A stretch of DNA of 64,000 nucleotides, from sequence record NC_026927.1; one strand, 5' to 3'. Every line of letters begins with the position of its first letter. The stretch's first letter is position 1. Position numbers and translations under genes: made by a program. The notes under the pieces are model-generated. The model was not told where the DNA came from. It searched no databases and saw only the letters and a list, made by a program, of their open reading frames with translations. This document shows positions 9,359-19,196 of this stretch, piece by piece.

Positions 9359-10708
9359 ATGTCTAAGAGACCAGCAATATATAGAAAAGTCTCAGTAGTT
9401 ACTAAAGATGGTTTTAGGGCAGATATTCGTCTTGCTTGTGTGTCAATTGACTTCTTTCAGGATATAATGTCACCTGCACTAACGGCAAAGATTATTATTG
9501 CCAATACTATGACTAATATTGAGGATGATCAGGGTGCCACCGTATCTCTCTATGAAGGATTGAAGTTGCGCGGTGGTGAGGCAGTTGAGATTGAAATAGA
9601 AGCAAATAGTGAAGATAACTTACCTATTGAATTTAATAATCCTGCGTTGTATGTCAGTGGTGTATCTGAAATGAGTAGGAAGTCACTCAAACAGTTCTTC
9701 ACTATCAACTTATACACCAAGGAGGCATATGATAATGAGACTAAGTTCCTAGAGAAAGCATATCCAAAAGAATCTAGAGTGAGTGATCATGTTAGTACTA
9801 TAGTTTCTGAGTCTTTTCCTACAACTACTCTCAATAAGGTAGATACTACCTCAAATACTTATGGTTTTTTGGGTAATCAACTCAAGCCATTCTATGCTCT
9901 TATCAGGTTAGCAAGTAAAGCAGTTCCTGAAGGTGCTGGTAGTGGTGGAAATAGTGCGACAGCTGGTTTCTTCTTCTACCAATCTATGAGTGGATTTAAC
10001 TTTAGATCCATTGATAAAATGATGGGGGAAGAACCAAAGGCACAATATACTTACACTGAAGTTAGTTCATCTGAAGAGACTGGAGATTTTGAAGCTACCC
10101 CAGAACTACCTTCTAATAGGTTTAAGATTGAGAAGTTTCACGTCACTAAAAACCAGAACCTCTTGAAGAACCTTAGTCAAGGTGTATATGCCTCTGCTAA
10201 GAAGTTCTTTAACCCTGTAGATTTTACAGTCACCCCACCACAAGAGTTCTTCAGTGGTGATAAGTACATCAGGGGTGTTAGTAACTTGGGTCAGGCTTTT
10301 GATCCACAAGACATCAGCTTAGTGGGTGATTCTTTGAGTTTCACTAATGTACCATCTAGGATTCTTAATGAGGTATATGATATTGGAACTGTTGAGAAAG
10401 AAGTGAATCAGGAACCCACACAAAACCCTGATGAGTTTCTAGCACAGAGAAAGATGAGGTATAATACATTATTCACTCAAGATGTTTATATTCAAGTTAG
10501 TGTTAATACTAATCTTGAGGCTGGTGATCTTGTTAAATGTCTATTCCCTAAAACTCAAGAGTGTCCTACTGATGATATAGATCAGGATCAGTTAAGTGGT
10601 CTATATATGATTAAGGAAATTAGACATCACTTTGATACTAGGGGTTCTTATTCATCTATGAGACTACTTCGTGACACCTTTGGTTTATATGGAGTGAATA
10701 ACAAATGA
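9359..10708 (+). CDS. Putative baseplate hub protein (gp27-like position)
   Basis: Size, position immediately before gp5, C-terminal SGLYMIKEIRHHF motif. Confidence 0.5.
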   Translation: MSKRPAIYRKVSVVTKDGFRADIRLACVSIDFFQDIMSPALTAKIIIANTMTNIEDDQGATVSLYEGLKLRGGEAVEIEIEANSEDNLPIEFNNPALYVSGVSEMSRKSLKQFFTINLYTKEAYDNETKFLEKAYPKESRVSDHVSTIVSESFPTTTLNKVDTTSNTYGFLGNQLKPFYALIRLASKAVPEGAGSGGNSATAGFFFYQSMSGFNFRSIDKMMGEEPKAQYTYTEVSSSEETGDFEATPELPSNRFKIEKFHVTKNQNLLKNLSQGVYASAKKFFNPVDFTVTPPQEFFSGDKYIRGVSNLGQAFDPQDISLVGDSLSFTNVPSRILNEVYDIGTVEKEVNQEPTQNPDEFLAQRKMRYNTLFTQDVYIQVSVNTNLEAGDLVKCLFPKTQECPTDDIDQDQLSGLYMIKEIRHHFDTRGSYSSMRLLRDTFGLYGVNNK

Positions 10709-12762
10709 CAATTAAACTTGGTAGAATCGCTGACATTGAACCACAAAAGGAACAGGTCGATGGTGGTGGATGGGCGTGGAGATACAAAGTACGCATCCTA
10801 GACAAACACTCACAGGATAAGAATGTTCTTCCTGATGAGGATCTACCGTGGGCACAGGTTATTATGCCTGTCACGGCAGGTTCTGGTGCTGCTAACTATG
10901 CAGTATCGCCTATGATTAACCAGGGTGACACTGTAAGAATTGAGTATTATGATCTAGACGAACAACAACCAGTTATTACAGGTATCCTCCCTAGAACTAA
11001 AAAGGTTTCTACAGGTCCAGTGGGTGAGAATAACGGATATCTACCACACACTGGTTATACAGAGAGGAGAGAGCCAAACTCCAAACAGGTAAAGGATGAG
11101 TCACATGAATCTAATAAGGAGAGTCAAGTATCCACAAGGTCAGATAGGTTCTCCAGTGTTTTTGGTGATACAACAGTTCTAGCAGATAGTTGTGATCCTA
11201 ATGCTTATAAGATTAACGCAGTAACTTCTGCTATCACTAATCTATTCAACCAGATTAATAACTTTGCTAATCAAGCGTCATACATTGAGACTATCACACA
11301 AGCAACTATTGATAGAATTCATGCCATTGTAAATCCATATGTGGGACAAATCTTCAATGGATTGTTTGAGGGATTGGTTCCTATTCTCAACCAGGGTTTG
11401 GCTGCATTATACAAGAAAATATTCGCTCAAGTATTGGCTGCCACTAATGGTAATGTAATTGCTGCCACTGCTGCCGCAGAAGCAGCACTCATCGCACTTA
11501 TGCCAGCTATTATGGCACTACAGGAAGCCATTCAGATGTTGGCATCTCTAACAGTTGAGCAAATGTTAGACGAGATTGATTCCCTAGTTAGGGATGCAGT
11601 TGATAATAATGATGACTTCTCCCGTTGTGCGGCAGAAGACTTCGCTTCTGCTATGATCAACGATATTGTTGATAAGACTGATAATGGTATGCAACCACTA
11701 CTAAACGCAGTCACTATTATTCTAGCACTCGCAAGTGTTGGTAGTGGATTCACCGCTGGTACTGCTATTCGTAGTACTTTGGATGTCCTAAAAGATCTCA
11801 CATCTGCTCTACTTGCACCAGGTCAAAGTGGTGGTGGTAATTGTGGTGGAATCACAAAGGAATATGCATTTGGTATAGGTCCTGTGAAGGATGTGGGTGA
11901 TGTTATGGATGCTCTTCTAGAGTCAGCAAACATAGCAAAGTCACTAGTAGATGAGGCAAAGAAAACACAACAGGAAGTTGATGGTCTCCTAGACACATTT
12001 GGTGACTTCCCATTTATGAGTTCCACTACAAATATTATATCTAATCTAGACAAGTGTTCCACACTAGAACCTACTACTTGTTTTGGTCCTGAAGTTGTAT
12101 TATTTGGTGGTAGAGGTGATGGTGCTGAAGCTCGTGCTATTATTGGCAACACAAAATCAAAATCAGATGATAGAATTGCTGGTAATGCGCAGGGTGGCAT
12201 TGTTGCTATTGAAGTTCTGGATGGTGGTTCAGGTTATGAGTACCCACCATATGTGGATATCAGAGACAATTGTGGTCTAGGTATTGGTGGTGTTGGTAGA
12301 GCAGTCCTAAAGGGTGATAAGGTAGATAAAATCTATATGGTGAATATTGGTGAAGACTATCCTGGAGATGCACCTGGGGACTTTATTGTTGATACTATTA
12401 TCATCGTTGATGGTGGCATAGGATATGAACCAGGTATTACTCCTGGAGGTGAATATGAAGTTATTACTGATCCAGGTGGAACAGTTATTGGTATTATTCC
12501 CACACAACCAGTACCACTCCCTGGTATCCCAAATATAAATATTCCAGATGTATCTCCACCTATTCCACCAGGAGGTAATATCATTGATGGTAATGTTGTA
12601 GATGAGAATGGTAAAGTAATAGCACCCGCTAAGATTGGTACTGGTTTAGTATTCTATCCAGTTATCAAACAGATACCCCCACTTAAGGACCTCCTTGAGG
12701 GTAATGTTCCTGGATTTACACCGGAAGAAGTTGTATTCATTATTGATTGTATTCAGAGTTAG
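10705..12762 (+). CDS. gp5: Baseplate hub / spike protein gp5 N-terminal part (no lysozyme domain)
   Basis: OB-fold region RYKVRILDKH..DEDLPWAQVIMP, QGDTV..DLDEQQPVITG. Confidence 0.75.
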   Translation: MTIKLGRIADIEPQKEQVDGGGWAWRYKVRILDKHSQDKNVLPDEDLPWAQVIMPVTAGSGAANYAVSPMINQGDTVRIEYYDLDEQQPVITGILPRTKKVSTGPVGENNGYLPHTGYTERREPNSKQVKDESHESNKESQVSTRSDRFSSVFGDTTVLADSCDPNAYKINAVTSAITNLFNQINNFANQASYIETITQATIDRIHAIVNPYVGQIFNGLFEGLVPILNQGLAALYKKIFAQVLAATNGNVIAATAAAEAALIALMPAIMALQEAIQMLASLTVEQMLDEIDSLVRDAVDNNDDFSRCAAEDFASAMINDIVDKTDNGMQPLLNAVTIILALASVGSGFTAGTAIRSTLDVLKDLTSALLAPGQSGGGNCGGITKEYAFGIGPVKDVGDVMDALLESANIAKSLVDEAKKTQQEVDGLLDTFGDFPFMSSTTNIISNLDKCSTLEPTTCFGPEVVLFGGRGDGAEARAIIGNTKSKSDDRIAGNAQGGIVAIEVLDGGSGYEYPPYVDIRDNCGLGIGGVGRAVLKGDKVDKIYMVNIGEDYPGDAPGDFIVDTIIIVDGGIGYEPGITPGGEYEVITDPGGTVIGIIPTQPVPLPGIPNINIPDVSPPIPPGGNIIDGNVVDENGKVIAPAKIGTGLVFYPVIKQIPPLKDLLEGNVPGFTPEEVVFIIDCIQS

Positions 12763-13466
12763 ACATGGCAGAACAAAATTGGGAAAGAAGAATACTCCAG
12801 AGTTTTGGTGCTAACTTTCGACTAGATGTTAGTAACCCACAGAAGACTGTTGGTGGTGAAGATGTATATAACTTCTACTCTGTTACAGATGAGGAGAAAG
12901 TATGTCTAATGGGACAACAACAGGATGGTCTCTGGCGCCTCTACAATGATGATAAGGTAGAGATTGTAGGTGGTGCCAAAGTTGTTGAGGATGGTGTATG
13001 TGTAACTATTGTTGGTAAGAACGGTGATGTAGTTATTAACGCTGACAACAATGGGAGGGTTAGAATCCGTGGGCAGAATATCAACCTCCAGGCAGATGAG
13101 GATGTTAATATCACTGCGGGTAGGAATGTTAATATCAAATCTGGTTCTGGTAGAACTCTCCTTGCGGGCAATACCCTGGAGAAAGACGCACTCAAAGGTA
13201 ATCTATTAGACCCAGAGAAACAATGGGCATGGAGAGTATTTGAAGGAACTGGACTACCTGCTGGTATGTTCCCACAACTCATGTCACCCTTCAGTGGTAT
13301 TACAGACCTAGCGGGATCTATTGTTGGTGGAGTTGGGTTCGGTGATGCAATCAGTGGGGCTGTGAGTAGTGCAGTCAGTGGGGCAGTCAGTGGTGCTGTT
13401 GGTGGTGTCGCCGGTGGTGTCGCCGGTGATATTGCTGGTGACGCAATTGGTGGTATTATACCCTGA
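12747..13466 (+). CDS. gp5 C-terminal beta-helix-like spike protein
   Basis: Repeating beta-strand/turn pattern DVVINADNNGRVRIRGQNINLQADEDVNITAGRNVNIKSG. Confidence 0.55.
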   Translation: MYSELDMAEQNWERRILQSFGANFRLDVSNPQKTVGGEDVYNFYSVTDEEKVCLMGQQQDGLWRLYNDDKVEIVGGAKVVEDGVCVTIVGKNGDVVINADNNGRVRIRGQNINLQADEDVNITAGRNVNIKSGSGRTLLAGNTLEKDALKGNLLDPEKQWAWRVFEGTGLPAGMFPQLMSPFSGITDLAGSIVGGVGFGDAISGAVSSAVSGAVSGAVGGVAGGVAGDIAGDAIGGIIP

Positions 13467-13504
13467 TAAATATAAGAAGCACCTATAACTAGCACCTATT
13501 AGTA

Positions 13505-16294
13505 ATGGCAAGCATTCAATTCCCAGCAAATCCGAAAGTTGGTGATACTTACTACGACGTAGATACAAATATAACTTACACCTGGGAGGGTGAATACTGG
13601 TTTGCAACAGGACCAGGCACAGGTATTGGTGCCACTGGAGCAACTGGAGCACAAGGAAATCAAGGTTCTAGTGGTGAAAAGGGTGAGCCAGGAACTCGCG
13701 GAATTAAAGGAGATACTGGATCTACTGGTTCTACCGGTCCCACAGGTCCTGGTGGTTTTATTGGATTAACAGGTGCAACTGGTCCTCAAGGTTCTCCCGG
13801 TGGTGCTACCGGTGCTACAGGTAATATTGGTCCTTTAGGAACTACTGGTGCAACTGGTCCTGATGGTGCTAGTGGTGCTACAGGTATTCAGGGTCCTATT
13901 GGTACTCCAGGTGGTGCAACTGGCGCTACTGGTTTAGCTGGTCCTCCAGGAAATGTTGGTGCTACTGGTCCTCTCGGTCCTAATGGTACTCCAGGTGGTG
14001 CTACTGGTCCTCTTGGTCCTGTTGGTTCTACTGGAGCCACTGGTGCTGGTGCTACTGGCTCTGATGGTGCTACTGGTTCTACAGGTATTCAGGGACTACA
14101 AGGTTCCCCAGGTGGTGCAACTGGTGCTACTGGTATTGATGGTTTACTAGGTCCTATTGGTGCCACAGGTACTACAGGAGCTACCGGTGTTGATGGTCCT
14201 ATTGGTGCCACAGGTACTACAGGTGCCACAGGTGAGACAGGTGATACAGGTTCAACCGGTGCTGCTGGTCCTACCGGTATTCCTGGAGCCACTGGATTTA
14301 CTGGTCCCGAAGGTGCTACGGGTTCCAAAGGTGATGAAGGTTCTACAGGTAGTACAGGTCCTCAAGGTTCTCCAGGTGGTGCCACTGGTGCTACTGGTGT
14401 TGATGGTCCTGTAGGTTCTACAGGTGCCACAGCTGCTACTGGTGCAACTGGTCCTGACGGTCCTACTGGTCCCGCAGGTCCTACAGGTTTATTAGGTGCC
14501 ACTGGTGCTACTGGTGATGATGGTTCTACCGGAGCCACTGGTGCTACTGGTTTTGGTGCTACTGGTGCTGATGGTGCTACTGGTTCTACAGGTTCTACAG
14601 GTCCTGATGGTCCTCTTGGTTCTACTGGTGCCACTGGTATTGCAGGTGGTGTGAGTCATGTATGGTCACCAGATGTTTCTATCCTAACTGCCAACAACTC
14701 TTTCCTATTCACCCATGATGTAGACGAAGATATTAAGATCCTAAAGATCTCCAAGTTTAGTTCAACATTCACCAATGAGGAGGCACTACTTAATAGTTTT
14801 GCAATCGGTGATTCACTTAGACTAACATCAGGTCCAGCAACATTCCAATATACTGTTAGAGCCAATGGTGGACTCACAGTATCATCTGGTGTTGACGTGT
14901 TTATGTTACTCGTCAGTGATGGTTTCTTAGCATCTGGTAGTGGAACACTCAATGGTTCAACAGTTGTTCTTCAACGTCCCACATCATCCACCTTCGCTAC
15001 ATTTAACTTCGGTGTATCCACTATCAACTGGCCTACTACTGATGGTGATGTAACTATTGACTATCCATTCCTAGTAAACAATGGTCCTAGGTATGTTGCA
15101 TTCAATCAGAAGGATCTACTAGGTAGGGATGATGAGCAGTTCTTCTTTGAACCTTTAGTATCTACAGACCTAAACTCATTCCAGTTCCAGGTTAAGACTA
15201 CTAACTTCTTCAAATCAGAAATTGAAGGTGGTTACTACTATAGTGATATTGATGCCTATGTGTATCTAACTGATATCACCGAACTATATTCAGATCCAAG
15301 TAATCCAGTAACCAGTGTGGGTTCACCTTGGAATGTTCAGGTTGTAGGTATTGCCTCCGCCATTCCTGGTGTTGCTGGTTCTCCAGGTGGTGCAACCGGT
15401 GCTACTGGTCCTGCAGGTCCTCCAAGTGGTGCAACTGGTGCTACAGGTGATCTTGGTCCTATTGGTCCCGGTGGTCCTACTGGTCCCGTTGGTGTTAACG
15501 GATCCCCAGGTTCACCCGGTGGTGCCACTGGTGCCACTGGTGCTGATGGTCCTGAAGGTGCTACTGGTTCTACAGGTGCAACAGGTGCATTCGTCACTGG
15601 TAGTAATCTTGTAGCTGGTATTATCACAGCCACCACATTCGATGGTGATGCTACATCATCTGATAAGATTAAGACTAATCGGTCCAGCAGTGCGGCTGTT
15701 AACTATCTAACTTTCGTTTCTGATGATAACACTGGTGGTGCCGTTAGTGAAACCCTCAAGACAAACTTGAATGTAAGTTTCATTCCTTCTTCTGGTGATT
15801 TTATCGCTAGTAGGATTACAGCAAGTAACAACTTCTACCTGGGTGGTACTGAGGTCAATTCTTCAGCATCTGAACTAAATGTGTTGGTTGGTGTTACTGA
15901 CTTCTTAGATGAAGATAATATGGCATCCGATAGTCCTACGGCTATCCCATCACAACAATCAGTTAAGAGGTATGTTGACGCTAACGCTTTCTCTGGTATT
16001 ACTACAGTTAGTATCCTAGTGGGCGCTGGTTCTAGTGATGTATACTTCGCAAGTTCTATTGTTCCAACTACTAATGAGTCTATTGATTTAGGTAGTATTG
16101 ACTATAAGTTCAGAGACCTCTACCTATCAGACACAACCATATATACTAACACTGGTGAACTTAGTGTAGGTTTGAATACCACAGCACCAACCGCAAAGGT
16201 TGTTCTTGGTCCAGCACTACAAACAATTGTTCAACAGTCCACTGATTTTGATGACTTTAAGATCAGAATCGCAGCACAAAGTTGGGGTGGCTAA
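13505..16294 (+). CDS. Collagen-like fibre protein (Gly-X-Y, Thr-rich)
   Basis: Long GAT/GPT/GST triplet runs (~13620-14645 and ~15370-15590); N-terminal [19 protein letters not shown] module; ATAAATA late-like site at 13466. Confidence 0.85.
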   Translation: MASIQFPANPKVGDTYYDVDTNITYTWEGEYWFATGPGTGIGATGATGAQGNQGSSGEKGEPGTRGIKGDTGSTGSTGPTGPGGFIGLTGATGPQGSPGGATGATGNIGPLGTTGATGPDGASGATGIQGPIGTPGGATGATGLAGPPGNVGATGPLGPNGTPGGATGPLGPVGSTGATGAGATGSDGATGSTGIQGLQGSPGGATGATGIDGLLGPIGATGTTGATGVDGPIGATGTTGATGETGDTGSTGAAGPTGIPGATGFTGPEGATGSKGDEGSTGSTGPQGSPGGATGATGVDGPVGSTGATAATGATGPDGPTGPAGPTGLLGATGATGDDGSTGATGATGFGATGADGATGSTGSTGPDGPLGSTGATGIAGGVSHVWSPDVSILTANNSFLFTHDVDEDIKILKISKFSSTFTNEEALLNSFAIGDSLRLTSGPATFQYTVRANGGLTVSSGVDVFMLLVSDGFLASGSGTLNGSTVVLQRPTSSTFATFNFGVSTINWPTTDGDVTIDYPFLVNNGPRYVAFNQKDLLGRDDEQFFFEPLVSTDLNSFQFQVKTTNFFKSEIEGGYYYSDIDAYVYLTDITELYSDPSNPVTSVGSPWNVQVVGIASAIPGVAGSPGGATGATGPAGPPSGATGATGDLGPIGPGGPTGPVGVNGSPGSPGGATGATGADGPEGATGSTGATGAFVTGSNLVAGIITATTFDGDATSSDKIKTNRSSSAAVNYLTFVSDDNTGGAVSETLKTNLNVSFIPSSGDFIASRITASNNFYLGGTEVNSSASELNVLVGVTDFLDEDNMASDSPTAIPSQQSVKRYVDANAFSGITTVSILVGAGSSDVYFASSIVPTTNESIDLGSIDYKFRDLYLSDTTIYTNTGELSVGLNTTAPTAKVVLGPALQTIVQQSTDFDDFKIRIAAQSWGG

Positions 16295-16297
16295 TTA

Positions 16298-16720
16298 ATG
16301 GGTTATCGTAATGAGAAAGCTCCCCACACTGGGAGCTTATTGGTAGGAACTGGAGGTAGAGTTACTTTTACTGGTAGATCCTCTGGTGATATGAATAAGA
16401 TTGCCACTTGGGGTGAAGAAGGGGGACAGATAGAATCTACCAACTTTTCTGATCTTCTGGCACTATACGAGGAGTCTTTCGCGGTATCTATTGTCAGTGA
16501 AGATGAACCTTCGCTAAGACCTTTGGGTGAAGACCTAAAACTAGGAGATCTGTGGTATAGTACGTCAGAACGGAGACAGTATGTTTTTACAAATGGAATT
16601 GATGACCTTCCAGTCACCTTTAGAGGCTGGACACCTGTTATTTCAGGACTTAGTACGATTGCTAACGGATTTATTGTATCCAATGGTATCATTGTTGGTG
16701 TGGCAGCAACAACTCCATAA
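16298..16720 (+). CDS. Hypothetical fibre-associated protein
   Basis: GDLWYSTSERRQYVF resembles fibre junction modules. Confidence 0.5.
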   Translation: MGYRNEKAPHTGSLLVGTGGRVTFTGRSSGDMNKIATWGEEGGQIESTNFSDLLALYEESFAVSIVSEDEPSLRPLGEDLKLGDLWYSTSERRQYVFTNGIDDLPVTFRGWTPVISGLSTIANGFIVSNGIIVGVAATTP

Positions 16721-16755
16721 TATGGTATAATGGTGGGTAAGTATCTTATACCCAC

Positions 16756-17319
16756 ATGAGCCACGAGCACGAAGATTACGAATTTGAAAAAGATTATTGG
16801 GGTGATTGTTGTAATACCTTCGATGAGGATCAGAAACACTATGTGTATGCCCGTCTAATGGGATTAGAACAGGCACACTATAGTTTTCGTTTGCCTGGTA
16901 TTTCTGTAATTGATATTGGTGGCGGTCCTTCTTCGATGTTATTGAAGACTGAAGGACTTACTAGAGGTTTGGTTGTAGATCCTATTTCATATCCTCAATG
17001 GACTAAAGATAGGTATTCAGTAAAGAATATTGAAGTCCATGTAGATGTTGGTGAGAATGTAACAGAGACAGGATATGATGAGGTGTGGATATACAATTGT
17101 ATGCAACACGCTATTGATCCAGAGAAGATTATTGCTAACGCAAGGGAAGCAGCACCAGTCCTAAGATTGTTTGAGTGGATTGATATTCCAGCACACGATG
17201 GTCACCCCCACGAACTAACAGAGCAATCACTAAATAAGTGGATTGGTCAAACCGGTAGTGTTACATCTCTAGCAGAGAGTGGTTGCTATGGTAAAGCATA
17301 TTATGGAGTATTTGAGTGA
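16756..17319 (+). CDS. Class I SAM-dependent methyltransferase
   Basis: VIDIGGGPSS motif I; YDEVWIYNCMQH. Confidence 0.75.
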   Translation: MSHEHEDYEFEKDYWGDCCNTFDEDQKHYVYARLMGLEQAHYSFRLPGISVIDIGGGPSSMLLKTEGLTRGLVVDPISYPQWTKDRYSVKNIEVHVDVGENVTETGYDEVWIYNCMQHAIDPEKIIANAREAAPVLRLFEWIDIPAHDGHPHELTEQSLNKWIGQTGSVTSLAESGCYGKAYYGVFE

Positions 17320-18407
17320 GTAATAAGTTTCGATTTCATATTCTCGGACTCCCCCATACTGTTACGCATCCAGACTTCTCCGCATGTGCGTACACATCTA
17401 AAGTCTTAAAGTTCGGTAAGATGATGAAGGCACGTGGGCATGAAATCATTCACTATGGACACGAAGATAGTGAGTTGGTTTGTGATGAACATGTTACAGT
17501 AACTACCAACAAAGACTTAGAGATTGCTTATGGTGATTATGACTGGAGAAAGAACTTCTTCAAGTTCAATACATCGGACCACGCATATCAAACCTTCTAC
17601 AAGAATGCTATTGAAGAAGTAGGTAAGCGCAAACAGAAGAATGATTTCATCCTACCTTTCTGGGGTAGTGGTACTCGTCCAGTTTGTGATGCTCACCCAG
17701 AAATGATTTGTGTGGAACCTGGTATTGGTTATGCTGGTGGTCACTGGTCTCAGTGGAAAGTGTTTGAGAGTTATGCCATTCTCCACGCTTATCAGAACCT
17801 AACATCAGTAGGAACCTGTAAACAGAGTTGGTATGAGGTTGTAATCCCTAACTATTTTGACTTAGATGATTTCACCTACGCCCCAGAAACTAAAGAAGAC
17901 TATTTTCTATTCTTGGGGCGCGTATATAGTGGTAAGGGCATTGATATTGCTGTACAGGTTACTGAACACATAGGTGCTAAACTAAAAGTAGCAGGACAGA
18001 ACCCAGAGAATAGAACTTTCCCACCACATGTGGAGTTTGTTGGATATGCTGATATTGAGATGAGACGGGAGTTGATGTCTAAAGCAAAGGCATCCTTTGT
18101 TGCATCACAATACCTAGAACCTTTCGGTGGTGTTCAGGTGGAGAACTTATTATCAGGAACTCCTACTATCACTACAGACTGGGGTGCTTTCGTTGAGAAC
18201 AACCCAGACGGACTAACTGGTTTCCGTTGTCGTACATTCGGTGACTTTGTTGATGCCGCTAATAACATTGACCAGATATCTCCTGCAGTATGTCGCACTT
18301 TCGGTGAGCAGTTTGCACTGGAGAATATTGCTCCCAAGTACGAGAAGTATTTCCAGGATGTTCTCAATGTATATACTGGAAAGGGGTGGTATGAACTAAA
18401 TGAATGA
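17316..18407 (+). CDS. GT-B (GT4-like) glycosyltransferase
   Basis: FLFLGRVYSGKG, EFVGYAD, EPFGGVQVENLLSGTPTITTDWGAF (E-x7-E). Confidence 0.85.
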   Translation: MSNKFRFHILGLPHTVTHPDFSACAYTSKVLKFGKMMKARGHEIIHYGHEDSELVCDEHVTVTTNKDLEIAYGDYDWRKNFFKFNTSDHAYQTFYKNAIEEVGKRKQKNDFILPFWGSGTRPVCDAHPEMICVEPGIGYAGGHWSQWKVFESYAILHAYQNLTSVGTCKQSWYEVVIPNYFDLDDFTYAPETKEDYFLFLGRVYSGKGIDIAVQVTEHIGAKLKVAGQNPENRTFPPHVEFVGYADIEMRRELMSKAKASFVASQYLEPFGGVQVENLLSGTPTITTDWGAFVENNPDGLTGFRCRTFGDFVDAANNIDQISPAVCRTFGEQFALENIAPKYEKYFQDVLNVYTGKGWYELNE

Positions 18408-18993
18408 ACTAATACAAACGATTGATTGTATTACTCAAACTGAAATCAATACAATCAAAGAATATGTCCAAGATGATTGGTGGCAACCTACTACTATCTT
18501 TGGAATGTCTGGTTGTGAAATTAATACAGATGTTAGATCCAATGATAGAATATCTCTCCATGATGATAGTATTGCCGCTCAGATTATTCATACGGGTATG
18601 AATAAGGCACTCCTTGAGTATAGAACACAACTCTATAATGTTGATCCATACTTCAACAATTACCCAGTTCCAGGATCATATAGGACTAATTGTCATAGGG
18701 AAGGTATTCAACTCCTTAGATATAAAGAAGGACAACACTACAACTGGCATCACGATACTGCAGCAGAACGTGCAGTAAATGAGTATCACAGAACGATCTC
18801 TATTGTGTTATACTTATCAGATGACTTTGAGGGTGGTAGAACAGTCTTCCCCCACAGAGCATACAAACCAAAAGCAGGTCAGGCACTAATTTTTCCCTCT
18901 AACTGGTGTTTCCCACATAAGTGTGAACCAATCACAAAGGGTGTGAAGTTAGCATCTGTTTCCTGGTACTATTCACATTATAACTATGACTGA
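18400..18993 (+). CDS. 2OG-Fe(II) oxygenase (prolyl-4-hydroxylase-like)
   Basis: YNWHHD, SIVLYLSDDFEGG, FPSNWCFPH, KLASVSW. Confidence 0.9.
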   Translation: MNELIQTIDCITQTEINTIKEYVQDDWWQPTTIFGMSGCEINTDVRSNDRISLHDDSIAAQIIHTGMNKALLEYRTQLYNVDPYFNNYPVPGSYRTNCHREGIQLLRYKEGQHYNWHHDTAAERAVNEYHRTISIVLYLSDDFEGGRTVFPHRAYKPKAGQALIFPSNWCFPHKCEPITKGVKLASVSWYYSHYNYD

Positions 18994-19162
18994 AAATAAG
19001 ACTACACCACAAACAGTAGAAGAAGCAACTCATGCTGCTTTCACTGGAAAGATGAACATGATCAAGTGTGCAGAACACTGTGGGATGACGATAAAACAGT
19101 TTAAATTAACCTTCCGTGAGTATCTAAAATACCACCCAATAGACGAAAATTATCCTATCTAA
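18986..19162 (+). CDS. Small hypothetical protein, 58 aa (HTH-like)
   Basis: Hand-translated MTENK..MNMIKCAEHCGMTIKQFKLTFREYLKYHP. Confidence 0.65.
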   Translation: MTENKTTPQTVEEATHAAFTGKMNMIKCAEHCGMTIKQFKLTFREYLKYHPIDENYPI

Positions 19163-19165
19163 ATA
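19159..19165 (+). promoter_or_regulatory. Late promoter-like CTAAATA
   Basis: Just upstream of the large fibre gene; CTAAATA variant recurs before other late genes. Confidence 0.6.
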
Positions 19166-19196
19166 TATGTAAGCAAGTATATGATGGTACGGAACA

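Noticed and set aside
12941-15636. Antisense and alternative-frame ORFs over the gp5-C and collagen genes
   Set aside because: Shadows of repetitive Gly-X-Y or low-complexity codons ([12 protein letters not shown]); no RBS or promoter support
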